A stretch of 64,000 nucleotides of DNA from an uncultured bacterium (lineage in GTDB: Bacteria; Hydrothermota; UBA3073; NMUJ01; CBEVQO01). The notes beneath the pieces were generated by a model. It was not told where the DNA came from and ran no database searches. It saw only the letters and a list, made by a program, of their open reading frames with translations. Positions 1 to 8,741 of the stretch are shown piece by piece. The DNA lies in assembly GCA_965552055.1 (NCBI GenBank), contig CBEVQO010000010.1:1-64000 (forward strand), in the 5' to 3' direction. The position numbers and the translations under genes are program-made. Numbering within the stretch: the stretch's first letter is position 1; each line of letters starts with the position of its first letter.

Positions 1-18
1 AAACCCGAAGAATTTTGA
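1..18 (+). CDS. 3' end (KPEEF*) of an upstream paralog of the coiled-coil/PD-(D/E)XK family, cut by the window edge
   Basis: Bases 1-18 aaacccgaagaattttga are identical to the last 18 nt of the next gene (717-734) and are followed by the same tga-aa-atg junction. Confidence 0.6.
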   Translation, partial: KPEEF

Positions 19-20
19 AA

Positions 21-734
21 ATGAACGCAGAAGAAAAATTCTGGGAGGCGTTGAGAAGATTGATAGAAAGACAGGAACAAAATGAGAAAGCAATAGAAAG
101 ATTGCGTGAAAGACAGGAAAAAACAGATGAGCAATTAAGGAAAACGGATGAGGAACTGAGGAAAGCATGGGAGCAAGCGGAAAAAGAAATGAGAGAATTG
201 CGAGAAAGACAGGAGAAAACTGATGAACAGTTGAGAAAAACTGACGAAGGGATGAAAGAATTACAAAGGTTAATTAAGGATTTATCAAACAATGTAGGTG
301 GTCTTAATCGCTCGTTTGGCAAGATACCCGAAGCATTGAGCGAGCCACAGGTTGAAGAAAAGTTTGAAGAAGCAGGATTTAGGGTGCTTGGTGCATATCC
401 CAATATATGGGGCAAATACAACGATAAGAAAAAAGAGATTGACCTCCTGATAAAGGCAAAGCGTAAGGGTAAATCTTATATAATCGTGGTTGAAACCCAG
501 GTGCAGTTCAGAGCCAAAAAGGAAATAGATGATTTTATCGGATTTTTGAAAAAAGATTTCAGGAAATATTTTGACGAATATGCAGGGATGAAAGTAATAG
601 GTTGCGTCTGTGCACTTAAATTTAGCAGAGGAGTTGATGAATATGCGATGGAGAAAGGTTTATACTGCATGAAACCGGTAAAGGGCATAATGGGATTGAT
701 AAATCCAAAAAACTTCAAACCCGAAGAATTTTGA
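21..734 (+). CDS. N-terminal coiled-coil + C-terminal PD-(D/E)XK-fold protein (DUF3782-like family)
   Basis: RERQEKTDEQLRKTDE heptad repeats, then EIDLLI...IIVVETQ nuclease-like core; ATG at 21 preferred over TTG at 15. Confidence 0.75.
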   Translation: MNAEEKFWEALRRLIERQEQNEKAIERLRERQEKTDEQLRKTDEELRKAWEQAEKEMRELRERQEKTDEQLRKTDEGMKELQRLIKDLSNNVGGLNRSFGKIPEALSEPQVEEKFEEAGFRVLGAYPNIWGKYNDKKKEIDLLIKAKRKGKSYIIVVETQVQFRAKKEIDDFIGFLKKDFRKYFDEYAGMKVIGCVCALKFSRGVDEYAMEKGLYCMKPVKGIMGLINPKNFKPEEF

Positions 735-736
735 AA

Positions 737-1435
737 ATGAACGCAGAAGAAAAATTCTGGGAGGCGTTGAGAAGATTGATAGAAAGACAGGAGCAATCAG
801 AGAGGGAGACCCGAGCTCTCCGTGAAAGCATAGAGAAACTGCGAGAAAGACAGGAGAAAACTGATGAACAATTAAGGAAAACGGATGAGGAACTGAGAAA
901 AACGAACGAAGAATTAAGAAGGATACAGAAAGAAACGCATGAAGAGTTTAGAAGGATAATCTGTGAAATGCACATATCTGACAAAAAATTAAGAGAGCGG
1001 GTAGAAGCTGTCTCTGATGGCTATGGTAGATTTGTTGAGGGAATAGTTTTTCCATCTGCACTCGAAACATTCAGGAAAATGGGGTTTAAAATTGAAGAAG
1101 CAAGTATAAGGCAGGGAGTTTTCGATGATAATAGAAAAGTTGCAGAAGTAGATAACTGGATAAGAGCAACGCTTAATGGCAAGAAATACATAATAGCAGG
1201 TGAAGCCAAAACAACATGCTCATCAGATGATGTAAGAGAGCATATAGAAAGGTTGCAAAAAATAAGAAAAATACCACGCTATAAAGAATACAGGATAATA
1301 GGATTTATATCGGCTGTAAATTATGAAAAAGGGGTTGATAACTATATTTTGAAAAATGGACTTTATCTTTTCAGAGTATCGGATAATGTTATGAAATTGG
1401 ATGTTCCCAAAAATTTCAAACCAAAGGAGTATTGA
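737..1435 (+). CDS. Coiled-coil + PD-(D/E)XK-fold protein, paralog of 21..734
   Basis: Same N-terminus MNAEEKFWEALRRLIERQEQ; EVDNW...IIAGEAK motif. Confidence 0.75.
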   Translation: MNAEEKFWEALRRLIERQEQSERETRALRESIEKLRERQEKTDEQLRKTDEELRKTNEELRRIQKETHEEFRRIICEMHISDKKLRERVEAVSDGYGRFVEGIVFPSALETFRKMGFKIEEASIRQGVFDDNRKVAEVDNWIRATLNGKKYIIAGEAKTTCSSDDVREHIERLQKIRKIPRYKEYRIIGFISAVNYEKGVDNYILKNGLYLFRVSDNVMKLDVPKNFKPKEY

Positions 1436-1436
1436 C

Positions 1437-2213
1437 CTATTTTATAATTTTATAAATTACATAATCGCTTGTACGCTCATCAAGCGGAATTGTTATAAGC
1501 CATTTATTTAATTTTATAAGTGTTTCTTTATGTGTCAAACCCTTTATTTCTCCCAACCTATAATTTTTCTTCGTTGCTATCACTCCTATGCATTCAACTG
1601 CTTCATATTTATCAGCAGGTAAACCAACCTTAAATTTCACACCCTTATTCCTCAAATCTTCAGGCGGTATCTCATACATTTTGCCACCCTCTATAAAATT
1701 ATCCGTCATTAATTCATTCGGAAATAGCACGATAACAGTATCGTTTGATAAAAAGTTTAGTAAAGTGATATAGCAATCTTTTGTTGATTTCACCTTCACA
1801 ATTATTTCATCCCTATCTCTAAAAATATGCTTATTCAATTCTATTTTGACTTTAAAGTTTGGGTCGGGCTTGCCCTTTTCTTCTTTGACATTTGCTTTTA
1901 TCTTCACTTTATAAACGGGAATTTCTTTGCCTTCAGCTCTTATTTTATCCAAACCTTCTTTTAAAATTTTTTCTTCAACTATCTTGCCATAAACCTCGCC
2001 TTGAGTTATCGATGTGAAAGCCGAACCTATATCCCCCGAAATATCCATTGTCCTTGCATTTATTATTATACCGAGCGCTTTTATTATCGCTTCACTACGG
2101 GCTTTATTTAAAGCACATCTTTTAGCTTCATCAAGCCTCATAACAGGGGTAAAATAACACTCGCCTTCAGCAATAACCCATTTCACTATGATAAACAAAA
2201 GTAAATGCATCAT
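1437..2213 (-). CDS. Exported DUF4384-domain protein
   Basis: Hydrophobic N-terminus; 'IIVKVKSTKDCYITLLN...VIVLFPN' and 'ECIGVIATKK' resemble DUF4384. Confidence 0.7.
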   Translation of the reverse strand: MMHLLLFIIVKWVIAEGECYFTPVMRLDEAKRCALNKARSEAIIKALGIIINARTMDISGDIGSAFTSITQGEVYGKIVEEKILKEGLDKIRAEGKEIPVYKVKIKANVKEEKGKPDPNFKVKIELNKHIFRDRDEIIVKVKSTKDCYITLLNFLSNDTVIVLFPNELMTDNFIEGGKMYEIPPEDLRNKGVKFKVGLPADKYEAVECIGVIATKKNYRLGEIKGLTHKETLIKLNKWLITIPLDERTSDYVIYKIIK

Positions 2214-3361
2214 ACCAGAATTTTGTATACTTCTTCGTATTTTTTAATAACTTCATTTATATCATGCTTCTTTGCCATACTTTTTGACTTGAGTCCCATT
2301 TTGATTCGTAATTCCTCATCTCCGAGTATTGTCAGCAATTTTTCAGCAAGGTCCATGTGGTCTCCTGGCTCAAACAGATATCCATTACCGTCTACCAGTT
2401 CTTTCAAAGCATATCTATTTGCTACTACAATGGGTAAGCCACTTGCCATAGCTTCTACGCACGCTATACACTGGAGCTCCGATGGCGATGGCATAACAAA
2501 CACCGAAACAATTTTAAGCATACGAACATAATCATACTCCGAAAGAAAGCCCGTAAAAGTTACATTTTTAGCCAGACCAAGTGAAATAACGAGCTGCTCT
2601 AAATATCCACGATGTAAACCATCGCCCACAAGGATTAAATGAACTTCCATTTTGCTCAAAATGTAAGGCATCGCCCTTATAAGAACATCTACACGCTTCT
2701 CCTCGCTCAACCTACCGGCATAAAGAATTAAAGGAACATCCGGTAATTTAAATCTCTGTTTTAAATCATCGCAGTCATAATCGGTATTGAACTTCTCAAA
2801 TTCTACTCCGTTGGATATCGGGATAATGCGTTTCTTTACTCCCTGTTTTTTCAGCAAATCAGCTGCTGTGACCGTAGGTGCAGTAACTATATCACCCCTA
2901 TTGCAGAAATTAACTATCATACGCCATGATTTCTCAAATAATTTGGAATTAGACACACCATCAAATATCCCTCCTTTCGGCACAAACATAAGTAAATTTT
3001 CGGGCAGTAAATGATTTGTAATCACCACAGGTATTCGATATAACTTTGCTACCCACAATGCACTCCAGCCGATAACAAAAGGATGATGTATATGAACAAC
3101 ATCAGGATTAAATACCCTTATTTTATTCATAACTGGCAGAGGAAAAACAGGAGTTCTTATCTCCCTGAAATGCGGTAATGGTATCGAATGCACATATATG
3201 ACACGATAGTTGCCATCTTCGGGTAAATCTCCTCCAACATCCGGTGCAACAACCATAACTTCATGCCCCATTCGTGATAATGCACGGGATAACCTGTAAA
3301 CCGCATACGCACTACCAATAACCTGTGGATAAAAGCAATCAGTAGCAAATAAAATCCTCAT
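2210..3361 (-). CDS. Glycosyltransferase family 4 (GT-B, diacylglycerol glucosyltransferase-like)
   Basis: MRILFATDCFYPQV, YAGRLSEEK, ELQCIACVEAMASGLPIV. Confidence 0.9.
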   Translation of the reverse strand: MRILFATDCFYPQVIGSAYAVYRLSRALSRMGHEVMVVAPDVGGDLPEDGNYRVIYVHSIPLPHFREIRTPVFPLPVMNKIRVFNPDVVHIHHPFVIGWSALWVAKLYRIPVVITNHLLPENLLMFVPKGGIFDGVSNSKLFEKSWRMIVNFCNRGDIVTAPTVTAADLLKKQGVKKRIIPISNGVEFEKFNTDYDCDDLKQRFKLPDVPLILYAGRLSEEKRVDVLIRAMPYILSKMEVHLILVGDGLHRGYLEQLVISLGLAKNVTFTGFLSEYDYVRMLKIVSVFVMPSPSELQCIACVEAMASGLPIVVANRYALKELVDGNGYLFEPGDHMDLAEKLLTILGDEELRIKMGLKSKSMAKKHDINEVIKKYEEVYKILV

Positions 3362-5376
3362 CTGTATCTCACAAAAATATTATCTTCTAAATTATTTATC
3401 ATCTGGGGCTTTTGCATAAAACCATGCAATCTCTTTGACCAGTATGGCACTCCTTCTGTCTTATCGCTCACATGTTCATAAAGTTCTTCAAATGTAAGTA
3501 TATCATCGTGATTCTTATCAGCATCACCCCTCAATCCCTTTAAGAAGAAATAGGTAAACATTGAGTGACACTTTTCCGGATACCAGCATGATAATTCTTT
3601 ACCTGTTGTACTCGTAAATATCACGGTATTTTTCATCCTGTAAGTTATTGGCACTTCGATATAGATTGGGCTTACATCTTTCAATATTCCTTCTCCACTG
3701 AAGCATGCATCTATAACGATTATTTTCCTCCTTGCAGGTATTTTGTTTATATTTTCATAGAAAAGGTCAAGTGAATATCCTCCCATCTCTACTTTGTGCG
3801 GGTCACAATCCACAGGAACAAAATAACCCTTCTTCTCTCTTATACTGGGTGCTCCATGTCCCGAATAATAAACAAAAATGTCGGATTTGCCGGGCTTAAC
3901 ATAATCGTAAAGCTTACCCCTGTAATCTTCCTTTGTGCCAAATAGTGTTACAAAATCCGACAATTTCGCATCTTCAACATAAAAGATATTGCCTTCTTTA
4001 AAGCCAAGAACATTTATCAAATATTGTTTGATTATTTTGGCATCTCTTATTGCATATTCAACATCGGGTGCTTTCTCATAATTTTTATTTCCTATAACAA
4101 CGGCTATTGCATCTGGATTTTTCATCACAGTTTTTGGGATATTTACATCGACATCTACGAATTTTTGAATCCTTTCTTCTGGCTTTATTACGATTTTGCC
4201 TGTGCCAAGTTCTGTCTTTACTTCGCTGACAACAGATTTGTGAATCCATCCACCTGATTCAAGATAATACCAGTTTCCTTTATATCCGATGGCTGTTATT
4301 TGCTCATCCGCTGGCAATACCATTAAAACTTTTGAATTTAGGGATGGCTTGCTCCTCACATTTGCCCTTTTTATCGTTTGTAGCACTGCATATTTTGGTG
4401 TGTAATCAACCTTTTTTGTTTCAATTCCTATGGGTATTTCTGTTCTGTTGCCGATACCATCTGTTGCGATAAGTGATAGTTTTTCACCCGGTCCCACTAT
4501 GTATTTAATTTCAAAAGGATAAGCATCACCGAAATTGCTTTTGTCGGCTACAAATCCTGCACGCGGTAATGATTTGCCTGCAAATTTGACCTCTCTCACA
4601 AGTTTATCATCATAAACAACACCACGAAGATAAAGGAAAGGACCTTCAATTTTTCTCTCCGTTATTTTAACAAATGGTTTCATGACATCGGGCTTAACGA
4701 GCATTACTTTATCTTTTGATAGCCAGCCCTCAACGCCTCCAGGTGTCTCAATATAATATTTGCCCCATTTCTCAGCAATAACCCTTACCTGGGTGCCTTT
4801 TGGCAATTTCGTAACAACTTCACCAGCAAGATTATAAACCTCTTCTTTATCTCTGACATAACAGATAAAAGGTATTTTTGGCTTATTCTCCTCTATCACC
4901 TTCACTATATCTTTTGCGATTATTCTGTAATTTTCTTTCTTATGCGATTTAAAAGAGTAATTTTTCACTATAACTTTCTTTTTGCCGAAGTTCTGTTTTA
5001 TCACCACTTTGAATGTGGACTTTTTATATCTTTTGGCATTGCGATTGAGCAAATACCAGAGCAAAGCACCACCAATCCCTGTTTCAGCAGTAAAAATAAC
5101 AGCACCTGTTGGGTCAAATTCAAGATGTTTACCATACTTCCCTGAGTAATGAAGGTAAGCGATACCCCAGCCAAGTCCGGCACTCAAAATTCCGGCAGAT
5201 ACACTTTCTCTTATCAATTTGCTCCGATTTAACTGATACTTTTTATCAACTTTTATTGTCCACTCTGCGTATTCCCTGGGAACTATTTTTACATTGTAAG
5301 GTTTAAGCCCATCTATCAGAGCAGGTGAATCCACGCAAATAAATCTTTGCACCATTATAAAAAATAAAATAAACAT
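3358..5376 (-). CDS. Caspase-family (peptidase C14) protein with two SH3b-like domains
   Basis: AVVIGNKNY, YYSGHG (His) and IIVIDACFSG (Cys) dyad; 'ANVRSKPSLNSKV...GWIHKS' SH3b; ATG at 5376 after AGGGGG. Confidence 0.85.
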   Translation of the reverse strand: MFILFFIMVQRFICVDSPALIDGLKPYNVKIVPREYAEWTIKVDKKYQLNRSKLIRESVSAGILSAGLGWGIAYLHYSGKYGKHLEFDPTGAVIFTAETGIGGALLWYLLNRNAKRYKKSTFKVVIKQNFGKKKVIVKNYSFKSHKKENYRIIAKDIVKVIEENKPKIPFICYVRDKEEVYNLAGEVVTKLPKGTQVRVIAEKWGKYYIETPGGVEGWLSKDKVMLVKPDVMKPFVKITERKIEGPFLYLRGVVYDDKLVREVKFAGKSLPRAGFVADKSNFGDAYPFEIKYIVGPGEKLSLIATDGIGNRTEIPIGIETKKVDYTPKYAVLQTIKRANVRSKPSLNSKVLMVLPADEQITAIGYKGNWYYLESGGWIHKSVVSEVKTELGTGKIVIKPEERIQKFVDVDVNIPKTVMKNPDAIAVVIGNKNYEKAPDVEYAIRDAKIIKQYLINVLGFKEGNIFYVEDAKLSDFVTLFGTKEDYRGKLYDYVKPGKSDIFVYYSGHGAPSIREKKGYFVPVDCDPHKVEMGGYSLDLFYENINKIPARRKIIVIDACFSGEGILKDVSPIYIEVPITYRMKNTVIFTSTTGKELSCWYPEKCHSMFTYFFLKGLRGDADKNHDDILTFEELYEHVSDKTEGVPYWSKRLHGFMQKPQMINNLEDNIFVRYR

Positions 5377-5384
5377 TTTACCCC

Positions 5385-8132
5385 CTACTTCCACTCAAAT
5401 TCATAGACATGATTATCCCAGCTTGCTGCATATACTTTTGGCTTGCCATCTCCCCTGCCGTCACCTATTGCTACTCCGTTCATAACGTAAACGCCTGAAC
5501 CTAAATCTGTCTTTATCCATGAACTACCATTCCACTCAAATTCATAGACATGATTATCGGCACAAGCTGCATAGACCCTTGGCTTGCCGTCACCTCTGCC
5601 ATCACCTACCGCTACTCCCAACATATGGCTACCGCCTGAACCGAGGTCTGTCTTTATCCATGAACTCCCATTCCACTCAAATTCATAGACATGACCATCA
5701 TTACAGGCTGCATAGACCCTTGATTTACCATCCCACCTACCATCACCTACCGCTACTCCATTCATACCGGCACTACCTGAACCGAGATCTGTTTTAATCC
5801 ATAAACTTCCATCCCACTCAAATTCATAGACATGACCATCGTCACAGGCTGCATAGACCCTTGGCTTGCCATCACTCCTACCGTCTCCTACCGCTACTCT
5901 CCGTATCCAGTCACTCCCTGAACCTAAATCTGCCTTAACCCATGAAGTTCCATTCCACTCAAATTCATAAATATGACCATCTCCGCAAGCTGCATAGACC
6001 CTTGATTTACCATTACTCCTGCCATCACCTATTGCTACTCCACTCATCCAGTAACCACTTGAACCCAAATCTGTCTTTACCCATGAACTTCCATTCCACT
6101 CAAACTCATAGACATGATAATCTCCGCAAGCAACATAGACCCTTGGCTTATCATCTCCCCTGCCATCACCTACTGCTACGCCATTCATATTATTACCACC
6201 TGAACCGAGGTCTGTCTTTACCCAAGAACTACCTTTCCACTCAAATTCATAGACATGACAATTACAACATGTTGCATATACCCTTGGCTTGCCATCACCT
6301 CTGCCATCTCCCACTGCTACGCCATACATATAGCCACCGCCTGAACCTAAATCTGTTTTTACCCAGCCATGCACAATGATTTCATGTGCTGAAGACCAGT
6401 TTGACACTGCACCATATTCGTCTTTTGCCTGTGCTTTTACATAGCAGGTGCCCACAGTTGTGTAAACATGGCTCATTGATACAGATTGACCAGACGATAC
6501 ATAAGAGCTCCATGTAGAAGTGTCACCATCTCCCCAACTGAATCTTATTGCTACATTGTCTCCATCAGGGTCTGTTGTACTCGCTGTGAGTGTTATACTT
6601 TCATTTATGATTGCACTATCAGGTCCTGAAACTACAGGAGCATCAGGTGAATTATTTGTTATCACAATTTTATGGGATGATGACCAGTTTGATACCGCAC
6701 CATATTCGTCTTTCGCCTGTGCTTTTACATAGTATGTGCCTGTATTGTTATAAGTGTGACTCATTGACACATTGGTGCCCGAAAATACAAAATTACTCCA
6801 TCCAGATAAACTGCCATCTCCCCAATCAAATCTTATAGCTACTCTGTCACCATCAGGGTCACTACTTTTGGCTGTAAATGTCACACTATTACCAACATGT
6901 GCACTATCAGGTGCGGACACAATGGAAGCACTCGGTGAATTATTTGTTATCACAATTTTATGAGATGATGACCAGTTTGATACCGCACCATATTCGTCTT
7001 TCGCCTGTGCTTTTACATAATATGTGCCTGTATTGTTATAAGTGTGACCCATTGATACATTGGTACCTGAAGAAACAAAATTACTCCAGCCAGATACATT
7101 GCCATCTCCCCAGTCAAATCTTATGGCAACTCTGTCGCCATCAGGGTCTGTGGCTTTAGATGTAAATGTCACGCTATTACCAATATGTGCACTATCAGGT
7201 GCGGATACAATGGAAGCACTTGGTGCATCGTTTGTTAGCACAATCTTATGAGATGATGACCAGTTTGACACTGCTCCATATTCGTCTTTTGCCTGTGCTT
7301 TCACATAATATGTGCCTGTATTGTTATAAGTGTGACTCATTGATACATTGGTACCCGAAGACACAAAATTGCTCCATCCTGATACATTGCCATCTCCCCA
7401 GTCAAACCTTATAGCAACTCTATCACCATCAGGGTCACTACCTTTGGCTGTAAATGTCACACTATTACCAACATGTGCATTATCAGGTGCGGACACAATG
7501 GAGGCACTTGGTGCATCATTTATTATCAAAATTTGATGCGTCAGGTTTGACATCATTTCCTTCTCATCTTTTGCCTGCACTTTCACATTGTATGTCCCAA
7601 CATTGCTGTAAATATGAGTCATTGATATATTACTTCCAGATGGAACAAAACTGCTCCAGTCAGATGTATCCCCATCACCCCAGTCAAACCTTACCGCTAC
7701 TTTATCGCCATCAGGGTCAGTAACTTTTACTACAAATGTCACACTATCATTAACATGGGCTGTGTCCGGTCCATAAATAGATATATCAGGTAGATTCAAA
7801 CCAATCACATAATCTAACAACTTGGACTCTGCACCGTATTCATCTTTTGCCTGTATTTTCATGGTATAATTTCCCGATGATGAGTATTGATGGGTAAATG
7901 TAAGGATATAGCCCGATTGCACAAATTCGCTCCATTGGGTTACATATCCATCGCCAAAATCCACTTTTAGTGATACTTTGTCATCTTCAGGGTCTTCTGC
8001 ATAGAGTTTTACAGTGACTTCACCCCCAACCTGTGAAATCTCATCAATGTGAGGTTGAGGTGGTGTATTTTTAAACTTAAAAGGCATCCTGCATGTTAAT
8101 AACAGCAGAAGGGGTATCAAAAGCCACCTCAT
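5385..8132 (-). CDS. Secreted/lipoprotein with about 6 PKD domains and a C-terminal 7-repeat beta-propeller
   Basis: LLLLTC lipobox-like end of signal; repeated DPDGD...FDWGDG...SHTY; seven 47-aa repeats. Confidence 0.85.
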   Translation of the reverse strand: MRWLLIPLLLLLTCRMPFKFKNTPPQPHIDEISQVGGEVTVKLYAEDPEDDKVSLKVDFGDGYVTQWSEFVQSGYILTFTHQYSSSGNYTMKIQAKDEYGAESKLLDYVIGLNLPDISIYGPDTAHVNDSVTFVVKVTDPDGDKVAVRFDWGDGDTSDWSSFVPSGSNISMTHIYSNVGTYNVKVQAKDEKEMMSNLTHQILIINDAPSASIVSAPDNAHVGNSVTFTAKGSDPDGDRVAIRFDWGDGNVSGWSNFVSSGTNVSMSHTYNNTGTYYVKAQAKDEYGAVSNWSSSHKIVLTNDAPSASIVSAPDSAHIGNSVTFTSKATDPDGDRVAIRFDWGDGNVSGWSNFVSSGTNVSMGHTYNNTGTYYVKAQAKDEYGAVSNWSSSHKIVITNNSPSASIVSAPDSAHVGNSVTFTAKSSDPDGDRVAIRFDWGDGSLSGWSNFVFSGTNVSMSHTYNNTGTYYVKAQAKDEYGAVSNWSSSHKIVITNNSPDAPVVSGPDSAIINESITLTASTTDPDGDNVAIRFSWGDGDTSTWSSYVSSGQSVSMSHVYTTVGTCYVKAQAKDEYGAVSNWSSAHEIIVHGWVKTDLGSGGGYMYGVAVGDGRGDGKPRVYATCCNCHVYEFEWKGSSWVKTDLGSGGNNMNGVAVGDGRGDDKPRVYVACGDYHVYEFEWNGSSWVKTDLGSSGYWMSGVAIGDGRSNGKSRVYAACGDGHIYEFEWNGTSWVKADLGSGSDWIRRVAVGDGRSDGKPRVYAACDDGHVYEFEWDGSLWIKTDLGSGSAGMNGVAVGDGRWDGKSRVYAACNDGHVYEFEWNGSSWIKTDLGSGGSHMLGVAVGDGRGDGKPRVYAACADNHVYEFEWNGSSWIKTDLGSGVYVMNGVAIGDGRGDGKPKVYAASWDNHVYEFEWK
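5388..6366 (-). repeat. Seven 141-bp tandem repeats (47-aa propeller blades)
   Basis: Unit WxKTDLGSxxxxMxGVAVGDGRGDGKPRVYAACxDxHVYEFEWNGSS. Confidence 0.9.
6650..7520 (-). repeat. Three near-identical 288-bp tandem repeats (PKD units)
   Basis: 96-aa unit; antisense ORFs recur at 6772, 7060 and 7348 (period 288). Confidence 0.9.
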
Positions 8133-8149
8133 AACCCCTCCTTTTCCAT

Positions 8150-8176
8150 ATTATAACGCTAATATAAATTTGTCAA
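8150..8176 (-). promoter_or_regulatory. Promoter TTGACA-N15-TATAAT for the PKD/caspase operon
   Basis: tgtcaa 8171-76 and attata 8150-55; SD GGAGGGG before ATG 8132. Confidence 0.75.
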
Positions 8177-8181
8177 GATTA

Positions 8182-8253
8182 TCATTTTACGATTTTGGTG
8201 GCTTCAAATTGAACAATTCCAGCATCCCCGATAAATCGCCCACGAATAATCAT
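8182..8253 (-). pseudogene. 23-codon remnant (MIIRGRFIGDAGIVQFEATKIVK*), probable truncated partner of the DUF5678 gene
   Basis: ATGA overlap with the DUF5678 stop; DUF5678 genes are commonly followed by a retropepsin-like gene. Confidence 0.4.
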
Positions 8254-8504
8254 AATATCATTTCAAGAGACTCATTTGTGATGAATTCAATACAGGTATA
8301 AGCTGGGTCGTGTAGCTTTGATAATAATTCTGTCAAATCAGGTGCACTGGCAATTACTTTGCCATCTTTAACTGCAATCCATTGTTCAGCATACTGCTTT
8401 AAAAGGGTCTCAAAATTCTCACTCACCCATACATGATCTGCCTCAAAAGAAAGTAACTTTTTGGTCAATTCACTCCTCTTTTTTAACTTTCTCTTCCCAC
8501 CCAT
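8250..8504 (-). CDS. DUF5678-domain protein
   Basis: WVSENFETLLKQYAEQWIAVKDGKVIASA. Confidence 0.75.
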   Translation of the reverse strand: MGGKRKLKKRSELTKKLLSFEADHVWVSENFETLLKQYAEQWIAVKDGKVIASAPDLTELLSKLHDPAYTCIEFITNESLEMIL

Positions 8505-8641
8505 ACTTCCCCCTTATCATATTTTGCCACCTTCATAGTTTCCTTAAGTCTCTGCTCGGTATCCTTCTGACTCTCGAGAAGTTCTTTCATTACTTTTTGT
8601 GTCTCTTCAATAAGTTTCTCAATCCTCGATAACCTGTCCAC
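8483..8641 (-). pseudogene. 52-codon truncated coiled-coil ORF (MDRLSRIEKLIEETQKVMKELLESQKDTEQRLKET...)
   Basis: GTG at 8641 after AGGGGG; resembles N-termini of the coiled-coil nuclease family but lacks a nuclease domain. Confidence 0.45.
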
Positions 8642-8709
8642 CTTTCCCCCTTTTTATTTTATAACAATATTTTTAGTCTGTCAATAAAATTCTGTTTCTC
8701 TATAAATTC

Positions 8710-8736
8710 TTGACATTTTCCATTTCTGTTTATAAT
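8710..8736 (+). promoter_or_regulatory. Promoter TTGACA-N15-TATAAT, 5 nt before ATG (leaderless candidate)
   Basis: ttgaca 8710-15, tataat 8731-36, ATG 8742, no SD. Confidence 0.75.
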
Positions 8737-8741
8737 TTAAG

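Larger units (their letters stand above)
1..792 (+). repeat. Exact 76-bp direct repeat (1-76 and 717-792) spanning paralog junctions
   Basis: Direct base comparison, offset 716. Confidence 0.9.

Noticed and set aside
5519..7723. Series of plus-strand His/Leu-rich ORFs
   Set aside because: Antisense shadows of the PKD and propeller repeats
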